Assembly (NCBI GenBank): GCA_035221665.1
Contig: CM069163.1
Coordinates: 17,546,001-17,610,000 of the forward strand
From: Okamejei kenojei
Lineage: Eukaryota
DNA: 64,000 bases
Direction of reading: 5' to 3'
Part shown: positions 26,200 through 39,433 of the stretch, piece by piece
Layout of the letters: the number at the start of each line of letters is the position of its first letter
Position numbering within the stretch: position 1 is the stretch's first letter
Notes under the pieces: generated by a model
Told to the model about the DNA's origin: nothing
Seen by the model: the letters and a program-made list of their open reading frames with translations, nothing else
The model's database searches: none
Program-made: the position numbers and the translations under genes

Positions 26200-26636
26200 A
26201 GGTGTGCGTGCCTGCGGATTTCACCGTCAATGAGTGCGCAGTTTCAGGGTGAGACCGACGCCGGGAAGCTCCAAAAGCCGCACAATGTCCGACTAGCCAC
26301 GACCCGGGGTAGATCGGGGCAGCTTAAGATTCCTCCCCGATGCAGGAGCTTGATCGCCCCGACGAGGAAGGCCCGCCGCCGGCTATGGGAGTAAGATCGT
26401 CCCGTCAACGGAAGGTTAGAGGCCCCCGACCCCTGGAGGACAAAGAAGGGAGAGATTGAGCTTTCTTCTAGTCTTCTTCACAGTGAGGAATGTGGAGGAG
26501 TCACATTGGTGCATGTTCATGCTGTAGTGTATTTTGTGCGTTCTGTTGCTTTTTATTGGTATGACTGTATGGCCACTGAAATTCCTCTTATGTTGCAAAA
26601 CATACTTGACATAAAATATGATAATGATGATAATGA
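26200..26636 (+). mobile_element. GC-rich retroposon fragment with Rex-like 3' end and (ATG/ATA)n tail
   Basis: CpG-rich body ending gtatgactgtatgg...aaattcc...tatgataatgatgataatga. Confidence 0.55.
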
Positions 26637-27369
26637 GTGGGGGAGGGCATATTTCATTCTCAAATTTAAAGTGGATCTACAACAAATAAAAAATTGGTTG
26701 CATTCCAGTTGGGTATCCAATATTGATTAACGATATAATTAAAAGGATAATTTTTTCTTCTTCCCATTTTTGAACAGATTCTATTCCTGCAGAATCTGAC
26801 AGCCATTGATAAAATGGGTCAATTTTTCATGTGCGACTTTTCAGTGCACCCTGTCTGTCCACACACAAACACTCGGGTACTCATTCGATGGCAGCCAGAA
26901 GTGAAATCATCAACAGATTCCTCCCCACAGACCGAGAAAAATTACATCACTCCTCTCATCGGTCTCACAATACCCATATTGGACTGAGTTTAGGATTGCA
27001 ACCAAACTCATTGTAGGAGCACAAGGAGAATAAAAATGTAATTGTTCCATTTCGATGCATATGACAATTAAATATTCTTGAGTTTGCCACTGGAGTTATG
27101 AATATTAATATGTCAACACTAAAGCTTTTCTTTTGTAACACACTTTTCATATTTTTAATTAAAAGTACATAAAAAGAGCAATTTTGAATTAAAGCTATTC
27201 TCTGACAACTGGAACGACACCCCGTTGAATACAAATCTGGGCCAAAGGCGCACTTATGATTAAATACAAGAATATTTCCATGTAATTTCACATAACACTG
27301 TATGGATTTTAATAAACATCCAATTTTCAATGAAAATTGTCAGCTCAGTTATATAATAATTTCCTACCG

Positions 27370-27722
27370 CTTCGAGATGCAAATTGTGTGGGAAATAGAT
27401 AGGATGATTGCACAGTCTTTTTCCCCAGGGCAGGGGAATCAAGAAACAGAACGTAGGTTTAAGGTGAGAGGGGAAAGATTTAACAGGAACCTGTGGGGCA
27501 ACTTTTCCACTCAGAGGGTGGTGAGTATATGGAACAGATTGTCAAGCTAGAGGTAGTAGTCGAGGCAGGTACAATAACAACACCTAAAAAAGTTTGGAAC
27601 AAGTAAATGGATAGGAAGATTTTGGAAGTATATGGGCCAAATTCAGGCAAATGAGACTAGCTTAGATGAGGTAGCTTGGTTGGCATGTACAAATTGGGCC
27701 GAAGGGCCTGTTTCCGTTCTGC
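27370..27722 (+). mobile_element. CR1 LINE 3' fragment
   Basis: FKVRGERFNRNLWGNFSTQRVVSIWNRL and a gggccgaagggcctgtttcc end. Confidence 0.8.
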
Positions 27723-28417
27723 ATTACTTTATCTTAAGAAACAATAAAAGGGAGATAATCACATAAGTTAACAGTATAATAAGAACCTTCTGTAGTGCTG
27801 GATAGGACAAGGCAACATTAATGCTCGATTTATTATCCATATATTGATATTGAAGCCGTGTAGACTTCAGCAGCTGCATGCTTTCTATTTGGTTAACAAG
27901 CAAGGGCCTGGCTAATCTGGATTGAATGACCACCCCCACCTCCTCAGCCCTCAACAGATGCCTGTCCTGCTGTTGGTCTCATCTGTCATGGAAATAGGTA
28001 TCAGCATGACAATGGCATTAGCCATGCCTCCAGCTGCCACCGGATTCCACTAGTCACTGCGGTGGAATTACTGAGAGATCCCAGTTTGTTCTCTCATCAG
28101 CTTCACATAAGACGAGTTATTGCAATGTGTTACACGGGTGTGGGAGGGGCGAGGACATATTTCGACTTGTCAGTTGGAGATTATTACCACGACAGCAGAT
28201 GGGGACAAAATAACAATGAGCTGCTCCCCATTGGTTCAGTGGATAATTCATCATGTTCTGTGCAACAATGACCAACATCGCAAAGTTATGTCTCTCTTGG
28301 AAAAACATAGCATTCTCTGTATTCTCTCAATAATAATTAAACAAGCCTTTATCATCAATTCAACATTCTTAAATTCTCTAGCACCACTGTAAAAGGCATC
28401 ACGCACAGCACTGACGT

Positions 28418-28700
28418 TTAGTTTAGAGATACAGCACGAAAACAAGCCCTTTGGCCCATTGAGTCTGTGACGACCAGTGATCCCCACCTATTAACACTAT
28501 CTTCACACTCAATTTATAATTATACCAAGCCAATAAGCCTACAAACTGTAAGTGCTGGGAGTGTGGAAGGAAACTGGAGATCCCAAAGAAAAGCCACACA
28601 GGTCATTTGGCGAACGTACAAACTCAGTACTAACAACACCCGTGGTCAGGATGAAACCCGGGTCTCTGGTGCTGTAAGGCAGCAACTCTACCGCTGCTCC
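28418..28700 (-). mobile_element. tRNA-derived SINE (HE1/V-SINE-like)
   Basis: Same family as 2654-2962. Confidence 0.8.
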
Positions 28701-29106
28701 ATTTCATAATTCAAGGAAAAGCTTGGAGTAGCCCAGAGCTACTCACGCCTCTGTTCAATCTGGCACATATTCATTTTGTGCTAGAATTCAACATCTCACT
28801 GATACATCAATACTTGAAGTATCTCGGGTCTAAATGTGTTAATCAATGATTCAGTTAAAATCTCACAAGCTATCAAAACAACATTCTCCAAGCTCTACAT
28901 TTCTGCAATTTCGCTACATACAAACTGAAATTACTTCTTTATAAAGGGTTTATATTTTTTCTAAACTCAAGCTGTATGCATGCAAAGTGTAACGTCGCTT
29001 GCAATCTTAACTTACATTATGTCTACACCGTGGGCTCTGGCCTCGTAATGTTCAAACATTTCTTGGTACACAAAGTCAGTGATCTATCAGGTGTGCAACT
29101 CAGGAG

Positions 29107-29178
29107 TGCTGGAGTGGTCACATGCAAGAACTGAGACCCAACTGCTGGAGTGGTCATATGCAAGAACTGAGACCCAAC
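29107..29178. repeat. 36-bp tandem duplication
   Basis: tgctggagtggtca(c/t)atgcaagaactgagacccaac x2, one mismatch. Confidence 0.9.
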
Positions 29179-29329
29179 AAACTCATCTAAATCTCAATTG
29201 TACAATGGGTTGGCCCAATGTCTTTAATTATACAATCACTACACAAGTGGAACTGGGAGGAATAGGTGTCACAGAGCAAGAATAACCTGACACTGGGTTT
29301 TTAATGATGGTGAAAAGTGATTAGTTATT

Positions 29330-29650
29330 GAGTTGTACAGCAGAGAAACGGATCCTTCGGCTCACTTTGTCCATGCTGACCAAGTTGGCATATTGGCTTG
29401 TCCCATTTGCCTGCATTTAGCCCATATCCTCTAAACTCTTCCTATCCATTTATCTATCCAAATGTCTTTTAAAAGTCATTATTGTATCTGCTTCTCTAGC
29501 CTCCACAGGCAGCTCATTCCAGATATAGATTACCCTCTGTGCAAAAGTTACCCTCTTAAATTTCTCCTCTCTCACCTTAAATCTCTACCCTCTAGTTTTG
29601 CAATCCTTTCCCTGGGAATAAGACTCTGAGCATTCACTTTATCCATGGCC
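29330..29650 (-). mobile_element. CR1 LINE 3' fragment
   Basis: Reverse complement of the CR1 3' end seen at 15590 and 27370. Confidence 0.7.
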
Positions 29651-29985
29651 CAGGAATTTAGACAGGGTAGGGATTTAGGGTGAGATAGAGTGGGGAAGTA
29701 GTATTAAGAGTTCTCCTTGTTCACTAGGCAGTCCAAATACTGTTAAAGACCTGCTTCTGAAAGCAAAGTTTAATTTTAAAGGCCAGCTTCAAGGTGATCA
29801 GTTATTTTAAATTTTACTACATTGTCCTGAATTTCCCATTTATGAGTTTGTTGCTTTGAATGAAATGGTCTTGGATTCAGGATATGGCCTCCACGTAACG
29901 TGGACAGAACCATTCAAACCTGCATGGACCCAATCTATCAAAATTAGCCAATGGACTTGGCAAGGGGTTGATGGTGACTTGAATG

Positions 29986-32900
29986 TTGGAATCAGCCACA
30001 ACTCCTGCTTACGATCACCATTCACTGATGTTAAACTGCATGTGTGGATTTTTTAAATAAGGGCTTCACTCAACCGCTTTGAGCATCAACTGAGGTTGTG
30101 CCAGTGAGTTGGACAGAAATAGGAAAAGGAGCTTCCTTTCAATATCACAGGCTGAATGGTCCAGGACTTCATACTTTGATCTATTTGCATAATATGAGCT
30201 ATGCAGACTGAGGTGTGTATGCTCGCTTTTGTTTTTCTTTTTCTCTCTCTCCCTCTCAATGACGCAGCCTGATCTTGTGTGTTTTGTCTGTCCTGTCTTT
30301 TATGTGTGTGTTTTTGTGTCAATCTGTGCATGTGACTCTCCTGTCCCCTTTCTCATTCTATTTCCCTGCCCCACTCCCCCAACATTATCTACACCCAATT
30401 GATCCATAATTGATACAGCTAAAGGCCTAAAAATCATCCATTTGAACATTAGAAGTCTTTGTCCAAAGATTGTTTTAATTAGAGTTTGGATTGCACAGAA
30501 TAAACCTGACATAATAACATTTTCAGAAACATGGTTACATAGTGAAATTTGTGACAATGATATTCATATTGATAATTTTACATTATATAGAGCAGTTAGG
30601 CCCATGAGAGCTGGAGGTGTGGCTTGTTATGTGTCAACTCGCTTTATATCTGAATCTGTCATCCCTAAAGTAACCTCATCTCTCTTTGAAAGCCTTTTCA
30701 TTAGGCTAAAACTTCATGAGAATAAACATCTAATTATCGGCACTATCTATCGATCCCATCCTGTTGATCCTGACTCAACAAAGTCCCTAATTTCCATTCT
30801 CACCTCTACTGAACACCCATGTGAATTAGTGCTTCTTGGTGACTTCAATAAAAACTGGCTCGATCGCTCCTCTTCTAACGACAAAAACTTGTTTAAAAGT
30901 GTAAACCTGACCCAGTTAATCAACGAACCTACCAGAGTTCATGGCAATTCTACATCACTACTAGATTGGATTCTTGTTACCCATCCTGATCGAATTTTAA
31001 CATCTGGTGTTTTGTCAGATTGCTTTAGCGATCATTCTGCTATTTTCTGTGTGTGGAAGATTAAACCCTCCCATCTCCCTCCTAAACTTATTCGTGTCAG
31101 ACAATGTAGAAAATTTAATTATGATAATTATATGCATGACCTGATTGCAATAAACTGGGACAGGTTTCAACTTATACCAACTGTTGAGGATGCTTGGAAC
31201 TATTTATACACTGAAGTCACAAGAGTTATCGATAAGCATGCCCCCTGGAGAGAAATAAAAGTCAAGGGAAAACATTTACCATGGATTAGTGCTGATTTGA
31301 TCAACCTTTTTTAATGAGCGGGATAAAGTCTGGAAGACTTTCAGGGAAACAAAGGACCCTGCTGATTGGGAAAAATATAGGTCCTTAAGGAATCAGTGTA
31401 CGACAAGAACACGTAATGCTAAATCAAGTCATTTAAAAAAACCATCTTTCTGAAGACATGCATAACCCAAAAAAGTTCTGGAAAAGACTAAATAATGTTC
31501 TTAATAAATCAAATCAAAATATCAGCACTCAGATCGGGTCAACAAAGACATCGTTCAGGCCTGTTATATCCAATGTTTTCAACCATCATTTCTCCACTGT
31601 ATGTAGCTCTACTGTATTTGACTCATCTATTATATGTGACTTTCCAGCTACCTCTACAAGTAGAAGCTCTTTTTCTTTTCAAAAAAAAAACCTGTTGACG
31701 TTCAACATGCTATTAATGAATTAAAGGATGATTGTGGATCTGGACCAGCTGGTATTGAGACTAAATTCATTAAGTTAGGAGTTAATATTCTAATGTACCC
31801 ACTTTGCGACCTGTTTAATTTGTCCTTCTCAACTTGTACCCTCCCTTCCGCATGGAAGTGTGCCAATGTTACTCCACTGCATAAGGGAGGCGACCCACAC
31901 GATATTAACAATTACCGCCCCATCTCAATTATCAACTCGGTGGCTAAAATCCTCGAGAAACTAGTGTTCAACCAGCTATCACATTATGTCTTAACTTTCA
32001 ACATTCTATCTCCATGCCAGTCTGGGTTCAGACCTAATCACTCCACAACTGCAGCTCTGTTAAAGCTCACCAGCGATGTGTTCACTGCTTCTGAGGATGG
32101 TAAACTCACCGGTGCCATCTTTCTTGATTTAACCAAGGCCTTTGATGTTGTTGACCACTACCTACAGCTTGATAAACTTTACTCAATTGGTCTTTCTCAA
32201 AACAATCTACTGTGGTTTAACTCATACCTTCATAACAGACGCCAATGTGTTATCTTTAATGGAAGTCAATCCAATTCCTTAATTGTTGAGAATGGAGTCC
32301 TGCAAGGTTCGTCTTTGGGACCACTCCTTTTCTCTATTTTCATAAACGACCTCCCTAATATTTGTTCTGACTGTCAAACACAACTATATGCTGATGATGC
32401 AGTGCTATATACATCTAGTACTAACAAGTCTGAAATTGAAAGATCCCTTCAATCAGATCTTACTTCTGTTCAGAAATGGCTATTATTCAACAAATTAATT
32501 TTAAATAAAAATAAATCATGCAGTATGTTATTTGGTACCAGACAAGGCCTTGGTAATTCTGTAGATCTGACTATATCATTTAATGAAGGATCACCATTAG
32601 AACAAGTATTGAACTTCAAATATCTTGGTGTTTGGCTCGACCCAACGCTTTCATTTACGCAGCATAGTGAGACGATTACTAAAAAACTTAGCTGTAATCT
32701 AGCTATTCTTTACCGCCATATAAATTGTATCACCTTTCAGATGAGAAAAAGAATCGTCTCTCAACTACTATTACCAACACTGGATTATGCTGACATTGTC
32801 TATCAGAATACATTTGATACACATCTTCAACCCCTCAATGTAGTTTATAATAGTCTCTGCAGATTTATTTTAAGGTGTCCATGTCTAACTCACCACTGTT

Positions 32901-33652
32901 CTATGTACGAAACTCTAAACTGGTTATCCCCCCACGCTCGAAGATGCCACCACTGGTTCCAGTTAATCTTTAAATGCATCCATTTCAATTACCCTTCTTA
33001 TTTAAAACAAGACCTATTACCATACACACCCTCATATTCACTAAGACATATTCAGCAACCCTTCTTTTTCATTCCAAGAACTAACAAAGAAATTGAGAGA
33101 CGTGCATTTAAATTCAAAGCTCCTTCTGACTGGAACACTCTGCCTAGTACCATAAGAACTATTAGCTCATTTCGTCTATTTAAGAAAACACTTTTACCCT
33201 TCCTTATAAAACCATGTACCTGTTTCTAGTATTAGTCTTCGAGCTCCTTTATCTAGCTTGCTCTGTGTGTGATCATTTGGCATAGCTATTGTATATGCAT
33301 TGCCATTACACGTATGTGTTATTGTATTGCATAGTGTAACAATATTATGTCACAATACTATGAAATATATCATGTAATAACGTACGATGTATGATAGGTG
33401 GTATATGGTATTATGCATCAACATTATGCTGTAACACATAACTTATTATTATTGGATATGTAAAGTCAATTAACAATTGTCATAAACTATAACATGTGGG
33501 GATGGAGGGGTTTTGGGATTGGTGTGTGGGTAGGTGTGTCAATGAGAGCCTCTATGTATGTTATGTCTTGTGCTGTATGTTCTACGTTGGACCCCCTTGA
33601 AAACGAGATGACTGTTTATCTCAAGGGGTTATCCATGAATAAACGTGAACGA
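29986..33652 (+). mobile_element. Near full-length non-LTR retrotransposon of the L2/CR1 group with a single APE-RT ORF
   Basis: APE ORF followed by RT ORF and an AT-rich 3'UTR. Terminal hairpin CCCCTTGA...TCAAGGGG, then AATAAA and a TGAA-type tail. Possible TSD acttgaatg at 29977-29985 and 33653-33661, so the 5' boundary is tentative. Confidence 0.85.
30403..33229 (+). pseudogene. LINE ORF2 (apurinic endonuclease plus reverse transcriptase), frameshifted
   Basis: APE motifs HLNIRSL, SETWL, LLGDFN, LLDWIL, SDH. RT motifs NYRPISI, QSGFR, FLDLTKAFD, QGSSLGPLLF, YADD, KYLGV. Frameshifts at about 31312, 31440 and 31690. Confidence 0.92.
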
Positions 33653-36537
33653 ACTTGAATGCGTTGTGATACTGAACCAGCTATCAATGCCATGTAAAAA
33701 TTATCCAGTTTGGGCCTGATCTTTGTAAACATTTCTGTGCTATTCAGCACAATGACTAATGACTCTGTAATCAAGTTTTGTTTAGCAGCAGTGATTAGTC
33801 AAAGTAATGAACAGCTGTACTCTCTTTAACACAGAAAATAGTTAAGTACCCGCTTCAGTCGGGACAAACGGTTCAAAGTATTTACTGTTATTTCAAGCAT
33901 TACCTTCCTCCTATGATAATGCAGACCAGCTTCCCCATCATTGACTCCATCTACACACGGTTGAATAGACAAGTTACAATCACTCTATGTTTGCACATTC
34001 ATTAGCCTCTCTGGGAACGTTATGATCATGGAACTTAATGCCAGCAAGCACCCATGGTCCAGGATAGATTGGGAGAATAACACACTTCCTATTCAAGCTC
34101 CAACTTTACCACCTTTCTCTTTCGTTTAATGCACTGCTTTAAGCACAAAGTCTCCATTGTAATACCTTTTTGCTTTCAGTGCCTCTCTTTCCATCCTTCA
34201 GCCAACAATGCTTTGGATGCCAGCTTCACGTAGTGATTCACTGCAGTCCCATCTGTCCACCGCAGCTGTGTGGCTGCAGCTTAAAGTCCGCTGTCTGTTG
34301 AGGTGTAATGCATCATGTCCAGCATGTCAGTCAGACATTCAAGGGCTTCAGTTACAATTGGGTAGAAAGCTTTCCAAACAACAGATGTGTTAAAACAGCT
34401 CGATGGAGGAGTATCTGGAATGTTCTTCGCAGTCTAGGTTTAACGAAGTTCACCTCACAAAAAAAAATCAAAATGCCAATGTGTTGCTAAACAAGATCTG
34501 GGGTCCTCGCAGAAGGATTGAGCTGCAGGAAAGTATCACAGTGACCAGTTGGGATATTTAATCCCACTGCCATTCATTAAGATCAGTTATCCTGTATCTC
34601 AACTTTGTTTCCTTAGTGCAAATCTCTTGACACAATGACCCAACAAAAAGCTCCATCACTCTCACTCTCAACTCCTTTGAGAGGGGAGGAATCCCAGGTA
34701 TGTTTGGTTAATTGAAAAAAGAAACAGCGTGGAAACAGGCCCTTCGACCCATCAAGTCCACGTCGACCATCGATCACCCTGGTTCTACGTTATCCCACTG
34801 CGATTAACATTTGAAATAGTTTTCAATTATCTAACTCTATCCCTTCCTCACCTGACCCACAATAGCCCTGCGTTGTCATTCAGAAAGTGAACTCTGATTT
34901 GTGCTTCCCTGTCACCAGTGTCATTCAGACTAAACGTTATATCTTTTCCGTCAAATCTGGCTTAGTGGCGACTTGAACAACACATTACCACTGGACTGAT
35001 TCCTTGCCTTTTAACAACCACTCTAGCAATACATTTATAGCTTTTGAGTGCTCATCGCAGACTTTATTACATATTTATTACACTAGCCGCTTCCATTCAA
35101 GTTTCATTGCACTAAAGTAACCGGCACAATAAATGTAAGGAGAAAGCCATGATCTAATCAGGATTAGAACCAGACAACATGTAATGTTTTACACTCTGGT
35201 CTCCGCTGCTGTTGAACAGAGAGGTGACACGGGGACGACACGGAGTCTGAGATCCATGCCCCCTTGTGGTGAGGTATGTGCCAGTTCAACGAAGGGCAAG
35301 AATAAAGGCTCAAACATGAGCTTTGATATTTCATTCTGTACATCTACAATACCCAAGCTCGATTCACATCCACGCATCTGCAGTTATTTTTCCCGTGATG
35401 GTGGAAGGGCAGAATTTGATTTCCATTATTTTCTTTCTCCAGAACAGACTCTGTTCCAAATCACCCTGGACACGTGTGGACACACGATGCTGCTGCTGTT
35501 TTAGTGATCCTGATGGTGACTTGCTTCCAATGGTTCAATGGTTTATTTTACTACCATGTGCACACAGAGAGAGTGCAATGTTTGTTCTGCATGCTATCCA
35601 GTCAAATCATACCATACATGACTTGCTGAAGTTTGAGTAATTACATTGTTTTTGTTACTAAGCTAAGCATCATAAATTGGGCAACTCAAACCCAATTAAT
35701 CTGAATTCTGTTAAAATAAACTGAAACCTGGAAGGTAATTATCTGTAAAAGCAATGTTAGAAATGTCAGATTGTTGTAAAAGCCTCACCAGAGCCCTTTT
35801 GAGAATGAAGCCTGCTTTCCTTACCTGGTCTAGCCTACGTATTTATGTCTCCACACCAGCACGGTTGCCTCTGGACTGTCCTCTGATACTGTTTTCAGGT
35901 TGTGTGGTAACTGGGAGAAAAAAATAAAACATTAATCTCACAATCTCAAGCAACACGAGAAACATCAGAATTTTGAGAAAATATTAAAATAGAAACCAAG
36001 TGATTAAAAGGACATGTTCGTGAAACACAAAGTGCTCGAGGGAGTCAGCGGGTCAGGCAGCATCGGTGGAGGGATGGGATAGGCAACGTATAGAGTTGGG
36101 ATCCTTCAGACTCAAAATCCCGCTCTCAACACAAGTGGGTGCTTTGATTTGCTGCCACCCTGACCCAGGAGACTGTTGGCAGTCTGCTCCTCGATGAATG
36201 TTGGACAATTGTTTTCCTTACACTGAACTCTGAAATATTGCTTGGATTGAATTCATGAAAGTCTTCAACATGCTCCAAAGACTAACAAGTCTGTACATTT
36301 TATCCTTGCAGTTCCCACATATTTAGTGTCCATCCATTGATCCATTAAGAATTACGATAATGATTGTGAAAGGTTTGATACTAACTAAAACTGTCACTCT
36401 CCCAGTCTTTGCTTTGAACCTCGAGTCCATTCTCTATGCACATCAGTTCAATGGCCGAACAGCCGAATCATGCTCCTAGAAACTATGAATGCTGCTTCAG
36501 TGAACCCCCTCATGTTCTATAATGGCAATTTATGGAT

Positions 36538-36758
36538 ACATAGAAAATAGGTGCAGGAAGCCATTCGGCCCTTCGAGCCAGCACCACCATTCATTGTGAT
36601 CATGGCTGATTGTCCCAATCAATAACCCGTGCCTGCCTTCTCCCCATATCCCTTGACTCCACTAGCCCCCCTAGAGCTCTATCTAACTCTCTCTTAAATC
36701 CATGCAGTGATTTGGCCTCCACTGCCCTCTGTGGCAGGGAATTCCACAAATTCACAAA
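36538..36758 (-). mobile_element. Young CR1 LINE 3' fragment
   Basis: Reverse complement of 39210-39430. Confidence 0.85.
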
Positions 36759-37591
36759 TCTGGCATCTACCGTTTTACCTATCTCTCTCTCTCTCTCCAT
36801 ACTGTCACTTTCTTATTTACTTGTTTCACCAAAAGCAAAAACTAAAAATTCTAATTTTTAAAAACGTTGAGAGACACAGGAAAACTACAGATGCTGGAAC
36901 CTTGACCAATATATAAAATGCTGTGGAGGGAATGGACTGGCAATGTTTCAGATCGACCCGAAAAGTCACTTATCCATGTTCTCCAGAGATGCTGCCTGAC
37001 CCGCTGAGTTACTTCAGCATTGTGTCTATTTAAAATAAACTTTAGGACTGATTGTTCGTGAATCAACAGAACGAACAGCCAGCAGGTATCTACAATCTGT
37101 ATAAAAATCATATGAAATATAAAAAAAGTTGTGTTTACATTTGATGTTGTGTAGAGGCAGAGGCGTTAATACTGCAGACCAGTGAATACAGAAACATGAG
37201 AGCTGATGAGAAATTTGAACGGAGTCAATGTGAATTGTTCATGTTTCTGCATCTTGTATTTTGCAAACATTTAACATTTATTTAAAAAAAAAATGTATTT
37301 AACCTGACAGACACAGAATACAGCCTGGGTGTGAAATACTACAGAGGGAAGGTCTTACAACACTTGTTATCCTTCCGCTGTTGTATGTCATCCTTACATT
37401 TGCAAAAGAGTTTCAAAATTCCTCTCTCACTTTGCTCAGGAGTTATCAATTAGTGTTTGGTTAACAAAGTAAAACGTACAAAATTATGACGTTACCATGC
37501 TAGGTTTCAATATAAACTTTAAAATGCAAGTAGCTAAGAAATTTTATGTCCCGGATTTTCATTTATGATTCATAAAGGTACCATTGAATTG

Positions 37592-37729
37592 GTAGACTGG
37601 TCTGAAGAAGGATCGAGACCCGAAACGTCACCTATTTCCTTCGCTCCATAGATGCCACCTCACCCGCTGAGTTTCTCCAGCATTTTTGTCCACCTTCGAT
37701 TTTCCAGCATCTGCAGTTCCTTCTTAAAC
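37592..37729 (+). mobile_element. Short Penelope-type element with minimal hammerhead ribozyme core
   Basis: GGT-CTGAAGA-A-GGATCGAGACCC-GAAAC-GTC-ACC at 37599-37632, with a near-TSD attgaattg/atggaattg. Confidence 0.7.
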
Positions 37730-39042
37730 ATGGAATTGAATCGAATCCCCACCTGCCTGGAATCGCTAATAGCCCAATGCTGCTACCTGCTGGTAATAAA
37801 AAGAAATTGCAACCCCAACTCAGCCTCACCATCAATTACCGTCATAACTCTGCCAATCCACCCAATGACTGTACTAAAACATTGACAAAAAGTGGATTGG
37901 ATGAAAGGCTGTTCCACATTGTCTGATGTTCAGACTTCCGATGCAACACTACTTCAAATGTTAAAAATATTTTGTGAAATGTAGTTTTAAAACCAGGATG
38001 CACTGAACTCAGCCATTGATGGGCGATATTGTTCTTAATGAAGGTCAGCAGGAACCTCTCCACCCCTCCTAAGAGTTCTTCATGGAGATCTATTGCTGTC
38101 CAGACTGAATGATGGGCATAGTACTGATTTAAAAGTTTTTAAAACGTAACTGCTATACAACTGTTATTTCCATATTTTTACACATTATCTTATAACTCTG
38201 ATAAGTATTATGTGCTGCAGGCTCAATGTCCTGAATAAGTCAAAGGCCAGTCAAAATAGAATTGATTAAATAATAATTATCAATTTTCTCTGTAACTGAT
38301 GAAGGCAAAAATGTGTGTATTACGCTGTATTAAACATATCATGGTAGTTTATTACATGTAAAAGTGCTTCACCTGTAATTCAGTAATACAAGGTTTTCTC
38401 CACAATGCATGCCGAGATCAGAGAGCGAAGTGCAGTTAGTGAGCAGAGGCTGTGGACAGAAGTGGAATTGTGCAGTTGATTTGAAAGAGGAAGAGATCAT
38501 CTGTGATGACGAAAGGTTGAATAGGAGGGAGAATTAAGAGCGGCTTCAGTGTTGTGCAAGATTCCAGTGCACTCACAAAACCTTTAATTAACATTAAATA
38601 TGTGAAAGGCGAGTCATGGCCTCAGAAACGACTCTCCAAGTCCCCATGATTAGGGCCAAGACATGCCAAGAAGTTGATATTTGACATGCAAGTTATCCAT
38701 GGCAATGACAGTGATTAAGGCAGCAGCAACTATATTTGTGCTCACTTATTCAGTCAGATGATGTAGTGACATACAAGGCATGTGAGGCTGGCTCCTCATG
38801 GCAAGGATTGTAAATTATGATCGAATAGGAGCAAAAAAAAGGAATATTGAAAATCATGACTGGAGTATGAAGTGTTGAATAGAATGGAACTTTGACAGCT
38901 TGAATCCTACAATTTCTTAGACATCACTGCAACATCATTCACCTGGCAATCTACTACTTCCAGAGTGCTAAGGGATGTTTGTAACCACACCATATGACTG
39001 CACTCCCCTTCCCTCCATTAACTAACAGTGAAGAAAGGAGGG

Positions 39043-39433
39043 AGGGGGTCTTATAGAAACATGTAAAATTATAAAAGGACAGGACAAGCTAGATGCAGGA
39101 AAAATGTTCCCAATGTTGGGCGAGTCCAGAACCAGGGGCCACAGTCTTAGAATAAAGGGGAGGTCATTTAGGACTGAGGTGAGAAAAAACGTTTTCACCC
39201 AGAGAGATGTGAATTTATGGAATTCCCTGCCACAGGGGGCAGTGGAGGCCAAATCACTGGATGGATTTGAGAGAATTGGATAGAGCTCTAGGGGCTAGTG
39301 GAGTCGAGGGATATGGGGAGAAGGCAGGCACGGGTTATTGATAGCGGACGATCAGTCATGATCACAATGAATGGCGGTGCTGGCTCGAAGGGCCGAATGG
39401 CCTCCTCCTGCACCTATTTTCTATGTTTCTATG
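39043..39433 (+). mobile_element. Young CR1 LINE 3' fragment
   Basis: GGLIETCKIIKG...ESRTRGHSLRIKG remnant and a (ttctatgt) tail. Confidence 0.85.

Noticed and set aside
24444-29178. Short direct repeats as a CRISPR array
   Set aside because: These are tandem units without spacers, in eukaryotic DNA with no cas genes.
29856-30056. 66-aa ORF just upstream of the LINE as ORF1, a 2A peptide or a host exon
   Set aside because: No recognisable domain, no DxExNPGP motif and no clear splice sites.
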